A DNA stretch of 64,000 nucleotides from a virus (IMGVR_UViG_3300029305_005185:116868-180867), one strand, 5' to 3'. Numbered from the stretch's first letter, positions 46,498-57,474 are shown. Notes: a model not told the origin generated them from the letters alone. Program-made: numbers and translations.

Positions 46498-46567
46498 AAG
46501 ACACATACAGCAATTTTTTAAAACTCGCCAAGTTTATTTAGAAGATTGGGTTACTTCAGTGTGTCTT
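46498..46567 (+). repeat. Clamp element copy 4
   Basis: AAGACACATACAGCAA...TGTGTCTT. Confidence 0.78.
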
Positions 46568-46573
46568 GTTTTT

Positions 46574-46650
46574 CGGGGTGTAGCGCAGTTTGGTAGCGCA
46601 TCTGCTTTGGGAGCAGAGGGCCTTCGGTTCAAATCCGAACTCCCCGACCA
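46574..46650 (+). tRNA. tRNA-Pro(TGG)
   Basis: Anticodon arm TCTGC-TTTGGGA-GCAGA; CCA. Confidence 0.93.
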
Positions 46651-46849
46651 ATTGGAAGAAAGACCTAAGGAACATATGATACTTTAGTCTGGAATCCGAA
46701 GGGTGTGTTTGATAATGAGAAAGGGTTCTTCCCCTTAAGTAAGGAGCCAGAGATATCTCCTATCGGTTTGTGAGAGGTAAACCAAACCAGTGTGGCTAGC
46801 TAAGTAGCTCAATTGTCCGCGGATTGGCCACCGTTGGACTTTTGTTTTT

Positions 46850-46935
46850 GGGCGGGTATCCCGTAGAAGGTAGCGGTCCTGACTGTAAATCAGGTGCCAC
46901 GTGCTCGGTTGGTTCGATCCCAACCCCGCCCACCA
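46850..46935 (+). tRNA. tRNA-Tyr(GTA)
   Basis: Anticodon arm CCTGA-CTGTAAA-TCAGG; long variable arm; CCA. Confidence 0.9.
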
Positions 46936-46940
46936 TTTTT

Positions 46941-47016
46941 GCGAGGTTAGCTCAGTTGGGAGAGCATCTGCCTTACAAGCAGAGGGTCGGCGGTTCGAGC
47001 CCGTCACTTCGCACCA
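46941..47016 (+). tRNA. tRNA-Val(TAC)
   Basis: Anticodon arm TCTGC-CTTACAA-GCAGA; CCA. Confidence 0.95.
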
Positions 47017-47090
47017 AGGAGACTGGTGTAACGGCAGCACAAACGGCTCCAACCCGTTTAGTTAGAGTTCAAATCTTTAGTCTCCTGCCA
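47017..47090 (+). tRNA. tRNA-Trp(CCA)
   Basis: Anticodon arm AACGG-CTCCAAC-CCGTT; ends GCCA. Confidence 0.9.
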
Positions 47091-47093
47091 TAT

Positions 47094-47187
47094 GGAGCAG
47101 TACTCAAGTCTGGCTTAAGAGAACGGTCTTGAAAACCGTGAGGCGGTTAATTACCGTGCGTGGGTTCAAATCCTACCTGTTCCGCCA
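47094..47187 (+). tRNA. tRNA-Ser(TGA)
   Basis: Anticodon arm ACGGT-CTTGAAA-ACCGT; long variable arm; ends GCCA. Confidence 0.92.
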
Positions 47188-47282
47188 ATTAATGTCTCGG
47201 GATTTCCGAGACTTTATTTTTTATAAAAATTTGACAAAAGAAGAATTTTAATATATAATAAATAAAAAGTAAAGGAGTTAAT

Positions 47283-48263
47283 ATGAAAATAGGAATAATT
47301 ATTCCAGTTTGGAACGTACCAATTGAGCTTTTAAAAAGGAATCTTTCTATGATTGAAAATTAGATTTATGATAAAGAAGAAAATGAAATTTAGATAATTT
47401 TGGTTATAGATGATTAGAAAGATTATAGCGGTTTAATAGAGCAAAAAGAAAATATAACCCTTCTTATTAATGAAGTAAATATTGGGGAGTCTAAATCACG
47501 TAATAAAGGAATGTATTATGCTAAAGAAATAAAATGTGATTATATTACTTTTATTGATAGCGATGACTGTTTTTATTCTACAACTTCATTACATTCATTA
47601 ATTTTAACTGCCAAAGAAACTAAAGCGGATGTTATCGCCGGAAAAATTTTTCATGAATATGAATATCTTAAATTTAGACTTTTAATACATGATGATTTAT
47701 GGGAACACGGATGTTTGTATTCAACTATTTTTTTAGATACAAACAAAATATTTTTTCCCAATAATGGTCATAATAATGATATTGCTTTTAATTTTTGGTG
47801 TAATTCTATTAAAGGAGTTAAAAAAATATTAATTGAAGATATTGTTTATTCTTATAATTATTATTCTAAAAGTGATAATCATATAAATAATAATGAATTT
47901 AAAGGAAATAATGCTCGTCAATTAATGGAAAATTATGCACAAATTTTTCCCCTTATGAAACAAGGGGAAAATTATAATCAAGAACAAGCAAAATATCATA
48001 TTCGCAAATGGTTTTTAAAATATTATCTTATTCTTTCTACAGAAAAAATAACAATTGAACAATGGGATTTATGGAGAGCTCTTCCTGATTTTATAAAAAT
48101 TTTTGAAGAATTGCTTTAGTTAGATAATTTTTCTTGGAATGAATATAAATATATATACAATGAAATTTCATGGGAATATCATAAATTTCAATTACATTTT
48201 TTTTCTATAGAAGAATTTATAAAATTAATTAAAGCAAAATATTTACCGGAAATTTTTGAATAA
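47283..48263 (+). CDS. Glycosyltransferase family 2 (4 TAG=Gln)
   Basis: Motifs IGIIIPVWN, ILVIDD, N.G.S.SRN.G, YITFIDSDD. Confidence 0.85.
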
Positions 48264-48342
48264 GGAAAAAATCTTATAAAAATTAAATTATAAAAATACT
48301 TATTTATAGAGAATTTTCTCTAAAATAAGGTAGGTGATTTAT

Positions 48343-48714
48343 ATGGCAATAACTTCAGGTAGTAAATTATTGGCTTCTGATATAAATTCTATAAAAACAA
48401 ATGTATCTAATGCCTATAAAACTACCAAAGGGTCTGCTTATTCTTGGGCTAATACAATTTCCAGTGGAACTTTAGCGACCTATTCTCATTTAAGTGAAAT
48501 TCGTACGGCAATAGTTAATGCTAATAGTTCATTAGTTCTACAATATGATTGCACAAATTACAGTCCTTATAAAAGTTGTAAATCGTATTGTTCTAATAAA
48601 AGTAATAATACGAATCATTCACAAGATAATACTGGATTTTTTAATAATAAATGTGGAGGAGAGTGGAAACAATGGCTTGGAATGATAGCGTCCCTTCCGC
48701 AAAAGGCTCACTAA
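48343..48714 (+). CDS. Ser/Asn/Cys-rich putative radical-SAM target 1
   Basis: N-terminus MAITSG...ASDIN; contains CTNYSPYKSC and KCGGEWK. Confidence 0.65.
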   Translation: MAITSGSKLLASDINSIKTNVSNAYKTTKGSAYSWANTISSGTLATYSHLSEIRTAIVNANSSLVLQYDCTNYSPYKSCKSYCSNKSNNTNHSQDNTGFFNNKCGGEWKQWLGMIASLPQKAH

Positions 48715-49010
48715 TTAAATAGTCAGATGTTGGCGCATGGTTAAATGAAGTAACTACATAGGCTACAACTATAATTAATTCACATTGCCCATCACACTAT
48801 AGTACTTATAAGAGTAGTCATTATTCTTCTAATAATAGTAATAACTCTGTTAGTAGTTCTAATGGGAATGAAAGTCGTTTTAATAGTTTTAATAGTTCTT
48901 TTAAAAGTGGAGGTCTTTCTTCTTCTTCTGCTTGTGCAGGTAATAGTAATTCTATTAAATGCGGCGGCGAATTAATTGTCCGTGGTAAATGGAAAGATTA
49001 TAAACTTTGA
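48672..49010 (+). CDS. Ser/Asn-rich putative radical-SAM target 2 (2 TAG=Gln; absent from ORF track)
   Basis: Translates as MAWNDSVP...CPSHYSTYKSSHYSSNNSNN...KCGGELIVRGKWK. Confidence 0.65.
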
Positions 49011-49024
49011 GGTAAAAATAATAT

Positions 49025-50359
49025 ATGATGGTTGATACTGATTTACGGAATGTAAATTCTGTAGAAATGGTTTTTGCAGGAAGTTGTAATTTAAAATGTT
49101 CTTATTGCGTTATTCATAAAGAACCTAAAAGAATGCATGAATATAATAATAATATTCGTAAGAGTGTTTTAGATGGTACTTTTTAGAAAAATTTATTCAA
49201 TTTATTTAAAGAAACCAAAGATAATGTATATGCTTTATCTATTTGGAGCGGTGAACCGACTTTAAATGCTGATATTGCAGATAAATTATTAATTCCCGTT
49301 TTTGATTTCTTTAAAAATGCTGATGAATTTATGTTTTCAACAAATACCTTAATTGGATTTGATAGAGGCATTAAACCTTATATGGAATGTTTACAAAAAA
49401 TTTGCGACGAACAAGATAGAAAAATTTTATTCATATTACAATTTTCTATTGATGGTCCAGAAGAAATTACTGATGTTTCACGTAATTGTCCTGGCATAAC
49501 AAAAAACATTCTTAAAACTATAGAAGATGCCGCGCATTGGTGTGCGGAAAATGTTCATGGGAAGTTTAGAGTTGGTTTTACTACTAAACCTACTGTTTCA
49601 CCAGCTAATTGGGAATATATGTTAGATAATGATAAAGTTTATGATTGGTTTAAGTTTTTTTATGATTTGTCAGTTAAAACTGGAGAAATTATTAAAGTAA
49701 ATCCTAATTTAGAAGAAAATTTGGCACAAGGGCCTACAATTTGTAATCCTTATGAATATAGTAAACGTGACGGATTGCTTTATCGAGATTTTATTCGCGC
49801 AATTAAAAAAATGGATTTATCTTCTATGGAAAGTCGTTATAATCCTTATAATTTATTTGTAAGATATACAACTTCTTGGAGAGATTGTATAGGAGCAATA
49901 AAATTTGTTCCTGGCGCATTATTATGTAGTGCAGGACTAGGTTCCGTAACTGTTGATTATGAAGGAAATTTAATGACTTGTCATAGACTTTATGATGATT
50001 GGAAAATGGGCACGGAAAATTTCCCCGCACAAGCTAAACTCACACAAATGATGTTTAATGAGGATGATATTGCGAGAGTAAGTTATGTTTCTAAAACTTT
50101 TTTTATGAATCATGAACTTAAGCAATCTTTATTTGATGCCTTAATTGTTTCTATGGTTTCTTCTGGTGAAATAGATGAAAAATATTTAAAACCAGAGTGG
50201 AGACATATGGCTTTTATTCTATGTGGAAGCCAAACTTGTTATGCAGGTGAATGTGGTTTACAATCAAAAGGAATTTATATACCACCCATGAGTTTAATTA
50301 GATTATTATGTAATGGCGCTTTGGAGGAAATTGTTGATTACTATGAACACTTACAATGA
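49025..50359 (+). CDS. Radical SAM enzyme (TAG 49184 = Gln)
   Basis: CNLKCSYC lies upstream of the TAG; also WSGEPT, FSIDG and C-terminal C...CHR. Confidence 0.88.
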
Positions 50360-51728
50360 AAAATATGCAGAATGTACTACTAAAGAATTAAATAATATAA
50401 CTTTTAGAAATACTCTTCAAAAAGTGTTTTATGATAATTGGAAAAAAAGAGAAAATTTTTATTCTTTAGAAGTTATTTTTTCTCCAAAGTGTAACCAAGG
50501 TTGTACTTATTGTTACTTAAACAAAGACAACCAACACATTTATTCCAATCAAGATTTCAAAGAAGAAGAGAGCCTTAAAAATGTTCGTTTAATTTTAGAA
50601 TGGTTAAAAGAAATGGACGTCGCTCCTCCTCAATTTGATATTTTTTCTGGAGAATTATTTGCACAAAAAGTAGGCTATGATTTGCTAGAAGTTATATTAA
50701 ATTTCTACGATGAAAATCCTGATGTAAAAAAACCTGAATTATTTGTGATTCCAACTAATGGCACTTTTGTTGTAAATGAAGAACTAGCAGAAAAAGTAAA
50801 AAATTATATTCGTCGTTTTAAAGAAAAAGGAACTAGATTAGCTTTAAGTTTTAGTATTGATGGTTTATATGCGAGTAAAATTACTCGTAAATATAAACGC
50901 AATTTAGATTATGATTTAAGTTCTAGTTATACAGATGAAAATTTTTATGATAAAGCTTTTCAATTTATGGCCGAAATGGATTGTTTACCACATCCTATGA
51001 TTTCTCCAGAAAATATTTCTGTATGGAAAGAAAATTTTTTGTGGTATGAACAAATTATGGAAAAATATGGAATTAAATTTGAAGAACTTTTTTTGTTAGA
51101 AGTTAGAAATCATAATTGGACGTCAGAAAAAATAGAACAATATCAAGAGTTTGTAATTTTTGTTCTTGAGCATATGAGAAAAAAATATAATGATGACGAA
51201 CATTTTATTAATTGGCTAACAGAATTTACAGAGGATAATCCTTGTTTAGGTTTTAATTTTCTATCAAGTATGCTTTATAATCAAAAACGTGCGCCTAGTT
51301 GTACTTTAGGTAGGCAATTAATGATTAGAGCAAGTGATTTAAAAGTTTTTCCTTGTCATAGATTAGTTTATCCAGAATTTGAAATTGGTCATTATTATCC
51401 TGATGAAGAAAAAGTATTGGAATTTGATACTGTCGCGCCTGAATTGGGTATTGCTATTTTAGGCTATAATCCTAAAGCGCAAAATATTTGTAGCAGATGT
51501 ATTTTAAATTATATGTGTATGGGTCAATGTCAAGGTGCCTGTTATGAAACTACTGGCGAAGTATTTACTCCCATTCCATCTGTGTGTAATTTAATTTATG
51601 CTCGCACTAAAACAGTTTTAAAAACTATTGAAAAAATGGGACTATTAAATAAATATTTAGAACACATTCATAATGATGTTCTAATGAAAAATATGATTTA
51701 TTTCATTAATAATGAACTAGGAGAATAA
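50343..51728 (+). CDS. Radical SAM/SPASM maturase
   Basis: Motifs CNQGCTYC, FSGE, SFSIDG, PCHR, C..C.....C.GQC.G. Confidence 0.9.
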   Translation: MNTYNEKYAECTTKELNNITFRNTLQKVFYDNWKKRENFYSLEVIFSPKCNQGCTYCYLNKDNQHIYSNQDFKEEESLKNVRLILEWLKEMDVAPPQFDIFSGELFAQKVGYDLLEVILNFYDENPDVKKPELFVIPTNGTFVVNEELAEKVKNYIRRFKEKGTRLALSFSIDGLYASKITRKYKRNLDYDLSSSYTDENFYDKAFQFMAEMDCLPHPMISPENISVWKENFLWYEQIMEKYGIKFEELFLLEVRNHNWTSEKIEQYQEFVIFVLEHMRKKYNDDEHFINWLTEFTEDNPCLGFNFLSSMLYNQKRAPSCTLGRQLMIRASDLKVFPCHRLVYPEFEIGHYYPDEEKVLEFDTVAPELGIAILGYNPKAQNICSRCILNYMCMGQCQGACYETTGEVFTPIPSVCNLIYARTKTVLKTIEKMGLLNKYLEHIHNDVLMKNMIYFINNELGE

Positions 51729-51732
51729 AAAA

Positions 51733-53100
51733 ATGACTTTTGAGCAGGTAAAAGAAAATATCCGTTTTATGGAAGCCCATCCTTATATTATTTTAAGAAA
51801 AATGCAAACTAGTTGCCACATTTGGTGGATGAGTTTTGGGAAAGTTTTAGCTTTTGTTGAAGATCATATTAATGATGAATCTTTTGATGGAGTTGAGCCT
51901 CCACTAGATGAAGAAATGCGTAATGCTCTTCAAACTGGTCTAATGTTCCTTCCTGCCATTATGTTAGGCGAAACTGATGAAAAGAGTTGGGAGATTTATT
52001 CTTCTATCATTTTATTAACTCAGAATTATGCCAGCATGATTGGTGATACTGATTTACTTGAGATTATTGAAACTCTTGGTAATTTAGTTAATGCTAAAGA
52101 AAGTTGGAAAGCGCTTATGATTCAGTGTGAAAGTTTAATTTTACAAAGTCAGAGTATGGTTAATGCTAGTTATGTACCTTACAATCTTTCTAGAAAATTC
52201 CTAACTTCTCTTCTTAAAACCGAGGAGTGAGTTTTGTGTTAAATGTTAAATTTTATAATCAAAAGGGAGATAATCTCCCTTTTGAATTTGATTGTTACGC
52301 TCGCACAGAATATTTAAAAGAAAATAGAGTTTTTATTTGTCTTGAAAAATATTCTAATGAGAAAATCAATAATATAGATTATAATGAATATAATCAAATT
52401 GAAATTAATTTTAATGGAGAGGTTAAAACTTATAAGGTTATTAACGAACCAGCATATATTTGGAATGGTTTTTCTCCTATGGGTCTTTATACGCTATCAA
52501 TTACTGTAGAGGGTGATTTATAATGGATATTATGAAAGCAACAATTTTATTTTCTGATGGTGAAAGTTATGAATTTGATGCATTTAACTTTTCCATTGAC
52601 ATGAATACTGAAAATCCAATTCTTATGACATTAGATTCTGTTTATAATAAAGAGTCTTTAAGTACCCTAGAAACTTTAACACAGAAAAAAGTTACCAAAG
52701 TTATTATGGCAGATGAAGAAGGCGCTGAATTATATATTGGAGAGGAATGGACTAAAATTGAAAGAATTTCTATTCATTATCAACGTTTTTATAAGTCCAT
52801 GGTAATTAATTTCACTATTGGAGTAGAATAATGTATAATTATTTTTTAAATGATACAGAATTCTTTTTTGATAAAATGTCTATTTTATTAAAAGATGGAC
52901 ATACTCAAATTACTTTTTCTTATTATAAAAATAATAATATGAATATCATAAATTCTTTTTCTAACTTAAAAGTAACCAATTCTGACAATAAAGAATTATT
53001 TTATTTAGAAAATAATACTTTTAATTTAATTCAGAAAACCTATGTCTATAATAAAACAATAGAAGAGCAAGAAGAATTTATTGTGATTTACGAGGATTAA
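51733..53100 (+). other. Four hypothetical CDSs in the radical SAM operon
   Basis: Abutting ORFs at 51733, 52227, 52523 and 52831. Confidence 0.6.
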
Positions 53101-53101
53101 A

Positions 53102-53998
53102 ATGATTAAATATTCTTTAGCTGGTTACTATTCTCATTATCATAGCAATATGGCATTATTGGTAACATATCGTGCCCATCCAGAATGGTTTTATGACAAT
53201 ATTAAAATTGACTCTGTTTATGGATGTTTACCTGCTATGCCTTGGAGTGGTTGTAGAATTATACCAATTAAACCATGGTGCAATCCAGTCACTTCAGCTA
53301 TTTATGACTTAAGAGATAGTTATTATGATATGGGTATTAAATTACGGCACACTTATACAAATTCTCAATTAACAGAAAATATTTTTCAAGATTATAGAAG
53401 TTTACAATGGACTGAAGCATGTCATAAAGAAGGGAACTCAATTATTTTGGTTGACCCAAAATTAAAAGATTTTTTGCATGAAAAGTTTCCTTTGTACAAT
53501 TTTGTATGGAGCACTTCTTTATGCTGTAAAAATATTGATTTAATTAATGAACGCAGCAAGAATGATATGGTTGTATTAGACTATACATTAAATCATAGCG
53601 ATATTTTTGATAAATTAGAGCATCCAGAAAATATTGAAATTATGTTAAGTGAGGCTTGCCCCGACGAATGCCCATATAGATATTCTCATTATCAAGTTGA
53701 AAGTCGTTTTATTCTAAATGAAGAAAAAGATAGAGATTTAATTTTAACTTGCGAACATCCAAAATTAAGACATCCTACTTTTTATGACTATTTAGAAAAA
53801 AATAAAGCAACTTTAACTGTAGAACAAATTAATGAATTACATAATAAATATGGTTTAATAAATTTTAAAATCGCCGGCAGAGATTATGATGAAGTAACTT
53901 ATATTGAATCTCTTATGTATTATTTAGTCAAACCAGAATATAGAGATTATCTTCGTCAATTATTATTATTAGAAATTTTTAATTTGTGGATACAATAA
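53102..53998 (+). CDS. Peptidase U32-like Fe-S TIM-barrel protein
   Basis: Motifs EAC...CPYRYSHY and FKIAGR. Confidence 0.5.
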   Translation: MIKYSLAGYYSHYHSNMALLVTYRAHPEWFYDNIKIDSVYGCLPAMPWSGCRIIPIKPWCNPVTSAIYDLRDSYYDMGIKLRHTYTNSQLTENIFQDYRSLQWTEACHKEGNSIILVDPKLKDFLHEKFPLYNFVWSTSLCCKNIDLINERSKNDMVVLDYTLNHSDIFDKLEHPENIEIMLSEACPDECPYRYSHYQVESRFILNEEKDRDLILTCEHPKLRHPTFYDYLEKNKATLTVEQINELHNKYGLINFKIAGRDYDEVTYIESLMYYLVKPEYRDYLRQLLLLEIFNLWIQ

Positions 53999-54239
53999 AG
54001 GAGAATAAATTCTCCTTTATTGTATAAAAATTTGACTTTTTATAAAAAAACGTATATAATATGTATGTAAGTTAAGGAAAGGAAGTAATTTAAATGGATG
54101 ATTTCGTAACTACTATCACTTACGAAGAGTTTTATGATGATGAGGAATGTTGGGAATGCCCATTTTATGATGATTGTAGAGAAATTTTCTACGAATAAAG
54201 TTTGACTTTTCTAAAAAATTACTATATAATATATACATA

Positions 54240-54620
54240 AGGTAAGGAAACGCCTGTGTTTTACACAAAGTCCCGATGGGTCAGCAGTTGTGAATGAGCT
54301 GTCTACGCTAAGACAACCGTAGCGTTTCAAAATTAGGGAGGTTGTCGCTGGAAACTCATAAATGGTGCGTAAAGCCATAAGCAAATTGATGATGGAAGCG
54401 AAGGGCACATAGTCTCGAGAAAAGTCATACCGTCGGTAACGCGGACAGGAGGCGAAGCGTAGAGGAACGATGATGCTTGAAGAACGCTGACCTTTTTGCT
54501 TAGCCCTGTACTGAAACTGATGACGGAAATGTAAGACACGGTTGTTCTTCGGTAAGCATGTCGGGCGGCGACACTAAGCCTATAAAAAGATGTGCGGTTG
54601 ATGGCGTTAAACATCTTTTA
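54240..54620 (+). ncRNA. Candidate structured ncRNA (boundaries approximate)
   Basis: GC-richer non-coding stretch between a promoter (~54202) and a tRNA. Confidence 0.4.
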
Positions 54621-54621
54621 T

Positions 54622-54766
54622 GCCAAGGTAGCTCAGTTGGTAGAGCAGGTAAAAACACTTATTTTTATCTGTATTGAAAAATACAGCGTCTGCAAATACA
54701 AACAAGAAAAAAGTTATGGAATTGTTAATCCCCGTGTCGTAGGTTCGAGTCCTACCCTTGGCGCCG
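54622..54766 (+). tRNA. tRNA (Asn/Phe-like) with ~68-nt insertion in the anticodon stem
   Basis: Acceptor GCCAAGG/CCTTGGC, D arm and T arm are intact; GG|insert|GGA pairs with TCCCC. Confidence 0.65.
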
Positions 54767-54929
54767 TGGTCTGCACGACCATGTTAATAGTGCAACCCTT
54801 AACACGGATTTTGGGAGTTTCAACTACCACCGGCAAAACAATGAGCGTCTTAGACAATCAGCGTTAGATATGTGGCTTAGCGGAAAAGGGTATATAAAGA
54901 AGCGAAGCAAAACTCTCACAATATTATAT

Positions 54930-55006
54930 CCGACACTAGTTCAGTTGGTTAGAGCGGCTGTCTTATATACAGCTTGTCCTGGGTTCGAGTCCTAGGTGTC
55001 GGACCA
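54930..55006 (+). tRNA. tRNA-Ile(TAT)
   Basis: Anticodon arm GCTGT-CTTATAT-ACAGC; ends ACCA. Confidence 0.88.
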
Positions 55007-55024
55007 TTTAATAAGGAGAATATT

Positions 55025-55744
55025 ATGTTTATCGCCGGACCGTGCGCTATTCAATCTTATGATCAGGCAATGCGAGATGCAGAAGAATGTGTAAAACTTG
55101 GAATTGAATATTTTCGTGCCGGCGTATTCAAGCCTCGTACAGATGCCGGAAGTTTTCAGGGGCTTGGAGAAAAAGGAATGAAAATTTTGATGAAAGTAAA
55201 AGAACAAACTGGTTTAAAAGTTGTTACTGAACTTACAGCAGAAAAATATATTCCTTTGTATGAAAATGTAGATATTATCCAAATTGGTTGTCGTAATTGT
55301 CAAAATTTTGAACTTCTTAGAGAAGTAGCAAAGCTTGGTAAAACTGTTTTACTAAAACGTGGTTTTGGTGTTACATTGGAAGAGTTACTCGGTGCCGCGA
55401 CTTATTTGTTTGAAGGCGGTTTAACTCGTAAAAATATTATTTTTTGCGAACGAGGAATTAAAACTTTTGAAACTGCTACTCGTAATACATTGGATATTTC
55501 AGCTATTGCTCTTTTAAAACAAGGTGGTTATAATGTTATTGCTGACCCTAGTCATGCAACCGGTTGGAGTAATATTGTTGTTCCTTGTGGTAAAGCAGCG
55601 ATTGTGGCTGGTGCTAATGGTGTTATGGTTGAAATTGCTAGCAATCCCGATAATCTTCTTAGTGATAAAGACCAAGCAATTAATTATAAGCAATTAACAG
55701 AATTAAAAAAGTTTTACGATTTTTGGAAAACTAATCCTCTTTAA
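55025..55744 (+). CDS. DAHP synthase, class I-beta type
   Basis: Motifs IAGPC, FKPRT..SFQG, QIG.RN.QNF, LLKRG, CERGI, DPSH, SD..Q. Confidence 0.92.
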   Translation: MFIAGPCAIQSYDQAMRDAEECVKLGIEYFRAGVFKPRTDAGSFQGLGEKGMKILMKVKEQTGLKVVTELTAEKYIPLYENVDIIQIGCRNCQNFELLREVAKLGKTVLLKRGFGVTLEELLGAATYLFEGGLTRKNIIFCERGIKTFETATRNTLDISAIALLKQGGYNVIADPSHATGWSNIVVPCGKAAIVAGANGVMVEIASNPDNLLSDKDQAINYKQLTELKKFYDFWKTNPL

Positions 55745-55754
55745 TAGAGGATAT

Positions 55755-55841
55755 GCCGTGGTGATGGAATTGGCAGACTTGGCGGACTCAAAATCCGCTG
55801 ATAGGGATATCGTGCGGGTTCAAATCCCGCCCACGGCACCA
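55755..55841 (+). tRNA. tRNA-Leu(CAA)
   Basis: Anticodon arm GCGGA-CTCAAAA-TCCGC; CCA. Confidence 0.92.
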
Positions 55842-55899
55842 AGGCTTTTTTCATAAAAAGGCCCTCCTTAATATTTTGAGTGGCATAATTGCCACTCGT

Positions 55900-55975
55900 G
55901 CCACCGTGGCTCAATTGGCAGAGCAGCTGATTTGTAATCAGCTGGTTGTAGGTTCAAGTCCTATCGGTGGCTCCA
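55900..55975 (+). tRNA. tRNA-Thr(TGT)
   Basis: Anticodon arm GCTGA-TTTGTAA-TCAGC; CCA. Confidence 0.93.
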
Positions 55976-55978
55976 TAT

Positions 55979-56067
55979 GGAAAGGTCGCATAGTAGGTCT
56001 AGTGCAGCAGGTTGCTAACCTGCCGTGCCTTCGGGTACCGAGAGTTCGAATCTCTCCCTTTTCGCCA
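55979..56067 (+). tRNA. tRNA-Ser(GCT)
   Basis: Anticodon arm GCAGG-TTGCTAA-CCTGC; long variable arm; ends GCCA. Confidence 0.9.
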
Positions 56068-56134
56068 AGGCTCCATAAAGAGCCCTCCTTAATAGTCGTG
56101 GTCAGACGGGAACCACGCCAAAATCCCGTCGTTC

Positions 56135-56210
56135 GCTTCCATAACTCAGTTGGTAGAGTACTTCCATGGTAAGGAAGAAGCCGTCAGTTCAAGTCTGACT
56201 GGAAGCTCCA
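56135..56210 (+). tRNA. tRNA-Thr(GGT)
   Basis: Anticodon arm CTTCC-ATGGTAA-GGAAG; CCA. Confidence 0.92.
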
Positions 56211-56985
56211 AGCCAATACTGTATTGTTTAAACGTGCGGGAATGAATACAGTGGCTCCCACCGGCGGACGCGTGATGGTGGCGACGCGTTTAGTAACAGA
56301 AACCACCCAATGAAAACCAATAGTGGCATGCCGTCGCGAAGGTTAGTGTCCAGAGTTTGTGAATGGTTGGATCCATTGCAATGCTATATAACATCGGCCA
56401 AGTTATGATATCAAAACGAGAGGATAAAACAAATTCTTGGCACTCTCTAAAACACAAACTCGTTGGTGATAGTTTGGAGCTGGCTGAAAAGTCTAGGTTC
56501 CACCAAAGATGGAGTATTCTTCATCACAAGCTGCCTGCACCTCTACAAGTAAGTGTCCCAAGGAGCAAATATGGCTGAGATTGCCAAAAAGGAAATTTTG
56601 ACCGGTTTCCTATAAATCTCTAGGCTTTCACTGGTTTTCTACCTAGGTAATTGTGTAAAAACACAACAGTAAATCCAAAGAAATCCTTTTAAATGAAAAA
56701 CCGTCTGAGAAAATAATTAGTGAAGAAAAAGACTTGTGGATAAAACGGTAAGGGAAATTCACACCCTAGTTGAAAGGCGAGTAGAGGGAGTTTTGGCATG
56801 GCGGTGTCTCCTATCTTTTCTTGTTATTCTACGGAGCAAAAAAGATTATCCCATAGCGGTTAGTGCTTATCCGTGCGTAGAAATCGGCCGATAAAAGCAC
56901 ACTTTAGTGCCGTGGTGCAAGTAGACACAAGCCAATAAAAATGGCTAAAAGTGAAGGTATCAAATCCTTCCGGCACGCACAAATA
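56211..56985 (+). ncRNA. Candidate large (~770 nt) structured ncRNA between tRNAs
   Basis: No credible ORF, GC-richer, bounded by tRNA-Thr and tRNA-Leu. Confidence 0.45.
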
Positions 56986-56986
56986 T

Positions 56987-57070
56987 GGGGCTGTGGTGGA
57001 ATGGCAGACACGCTAGACTTAGGATCTAGTGCCGCAAGGTGTGAGAGTTCAAATCTCTCCAGCCCCACCA
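56987..57070 (+). tRNA. tRNA-Leu(TAG)
   Basis: Anticodon arm CTAGA-CTTAGGA-TCTAG; CCA. Confidence 0.93.
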
Positions 57071-57093
57071 TTTTTGTTATAAGGAATATTATA

Positions 57094-57474
57094 ATGAACA
57101 AAGAAGAATTAGATAATTTAGTTAAAGACTTTGTAGAACATATTAATTCTGTGACGTACGAAGAACATTTCAATGAGTATTATAATAAAAATTCTCATAT
57201 TCCTCAAATTACTCACGCCGCGGTAAAGATTTATGATAAACGACAAGAAAAAGAAATTATTATTCCTTGTCATAGACATTATGATGCTTTCCGTATTTTA
57301 AAAGAATTTGGCTATCAGAAAAATATAGATTATAAAGAATTGGAACAAGGATTCTTTGATTCTAAAGGAGATTTTCTTGATCGCAGACATGCCTATCGTA
57401 GAGCATGCATTACTGGGCAAATAGAAGATTTTTCTATTAATGACAGAGACTTATATAGCGAGGATTTGTGGTAA
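57094..57474 (+). CDS. Conserved phage hypothetical protein
   Basis: Motifs CHRH, EQGF....G.FL.R, LYSEDLW. Confidence 0.7.
   Translation: MNKEELDNLVKDFVEHINSVTYEEHFNEYYNKNSHIPQITHAAVKIYDKRQEKEIIIPCHRHYDAFRILKEFGYQKNIDYKELEQGFFDSKGDFLDRRHAYRRACITGQIEDFSINDRDLYSEDLW

Noticed and set aside
54260-54600. RNase P RNA or tmRNA
   Set aside because: Only AAAGTCC matches; the other conserved RNase P segments and the tmRNA termini were not found.
56987-57070. tRNA with TAG anticodon as the amber suppressor
   Set aside because: Anticodon UAG reads CUA (Leu); amber decoding needs anticodon CUA, found at 34061.
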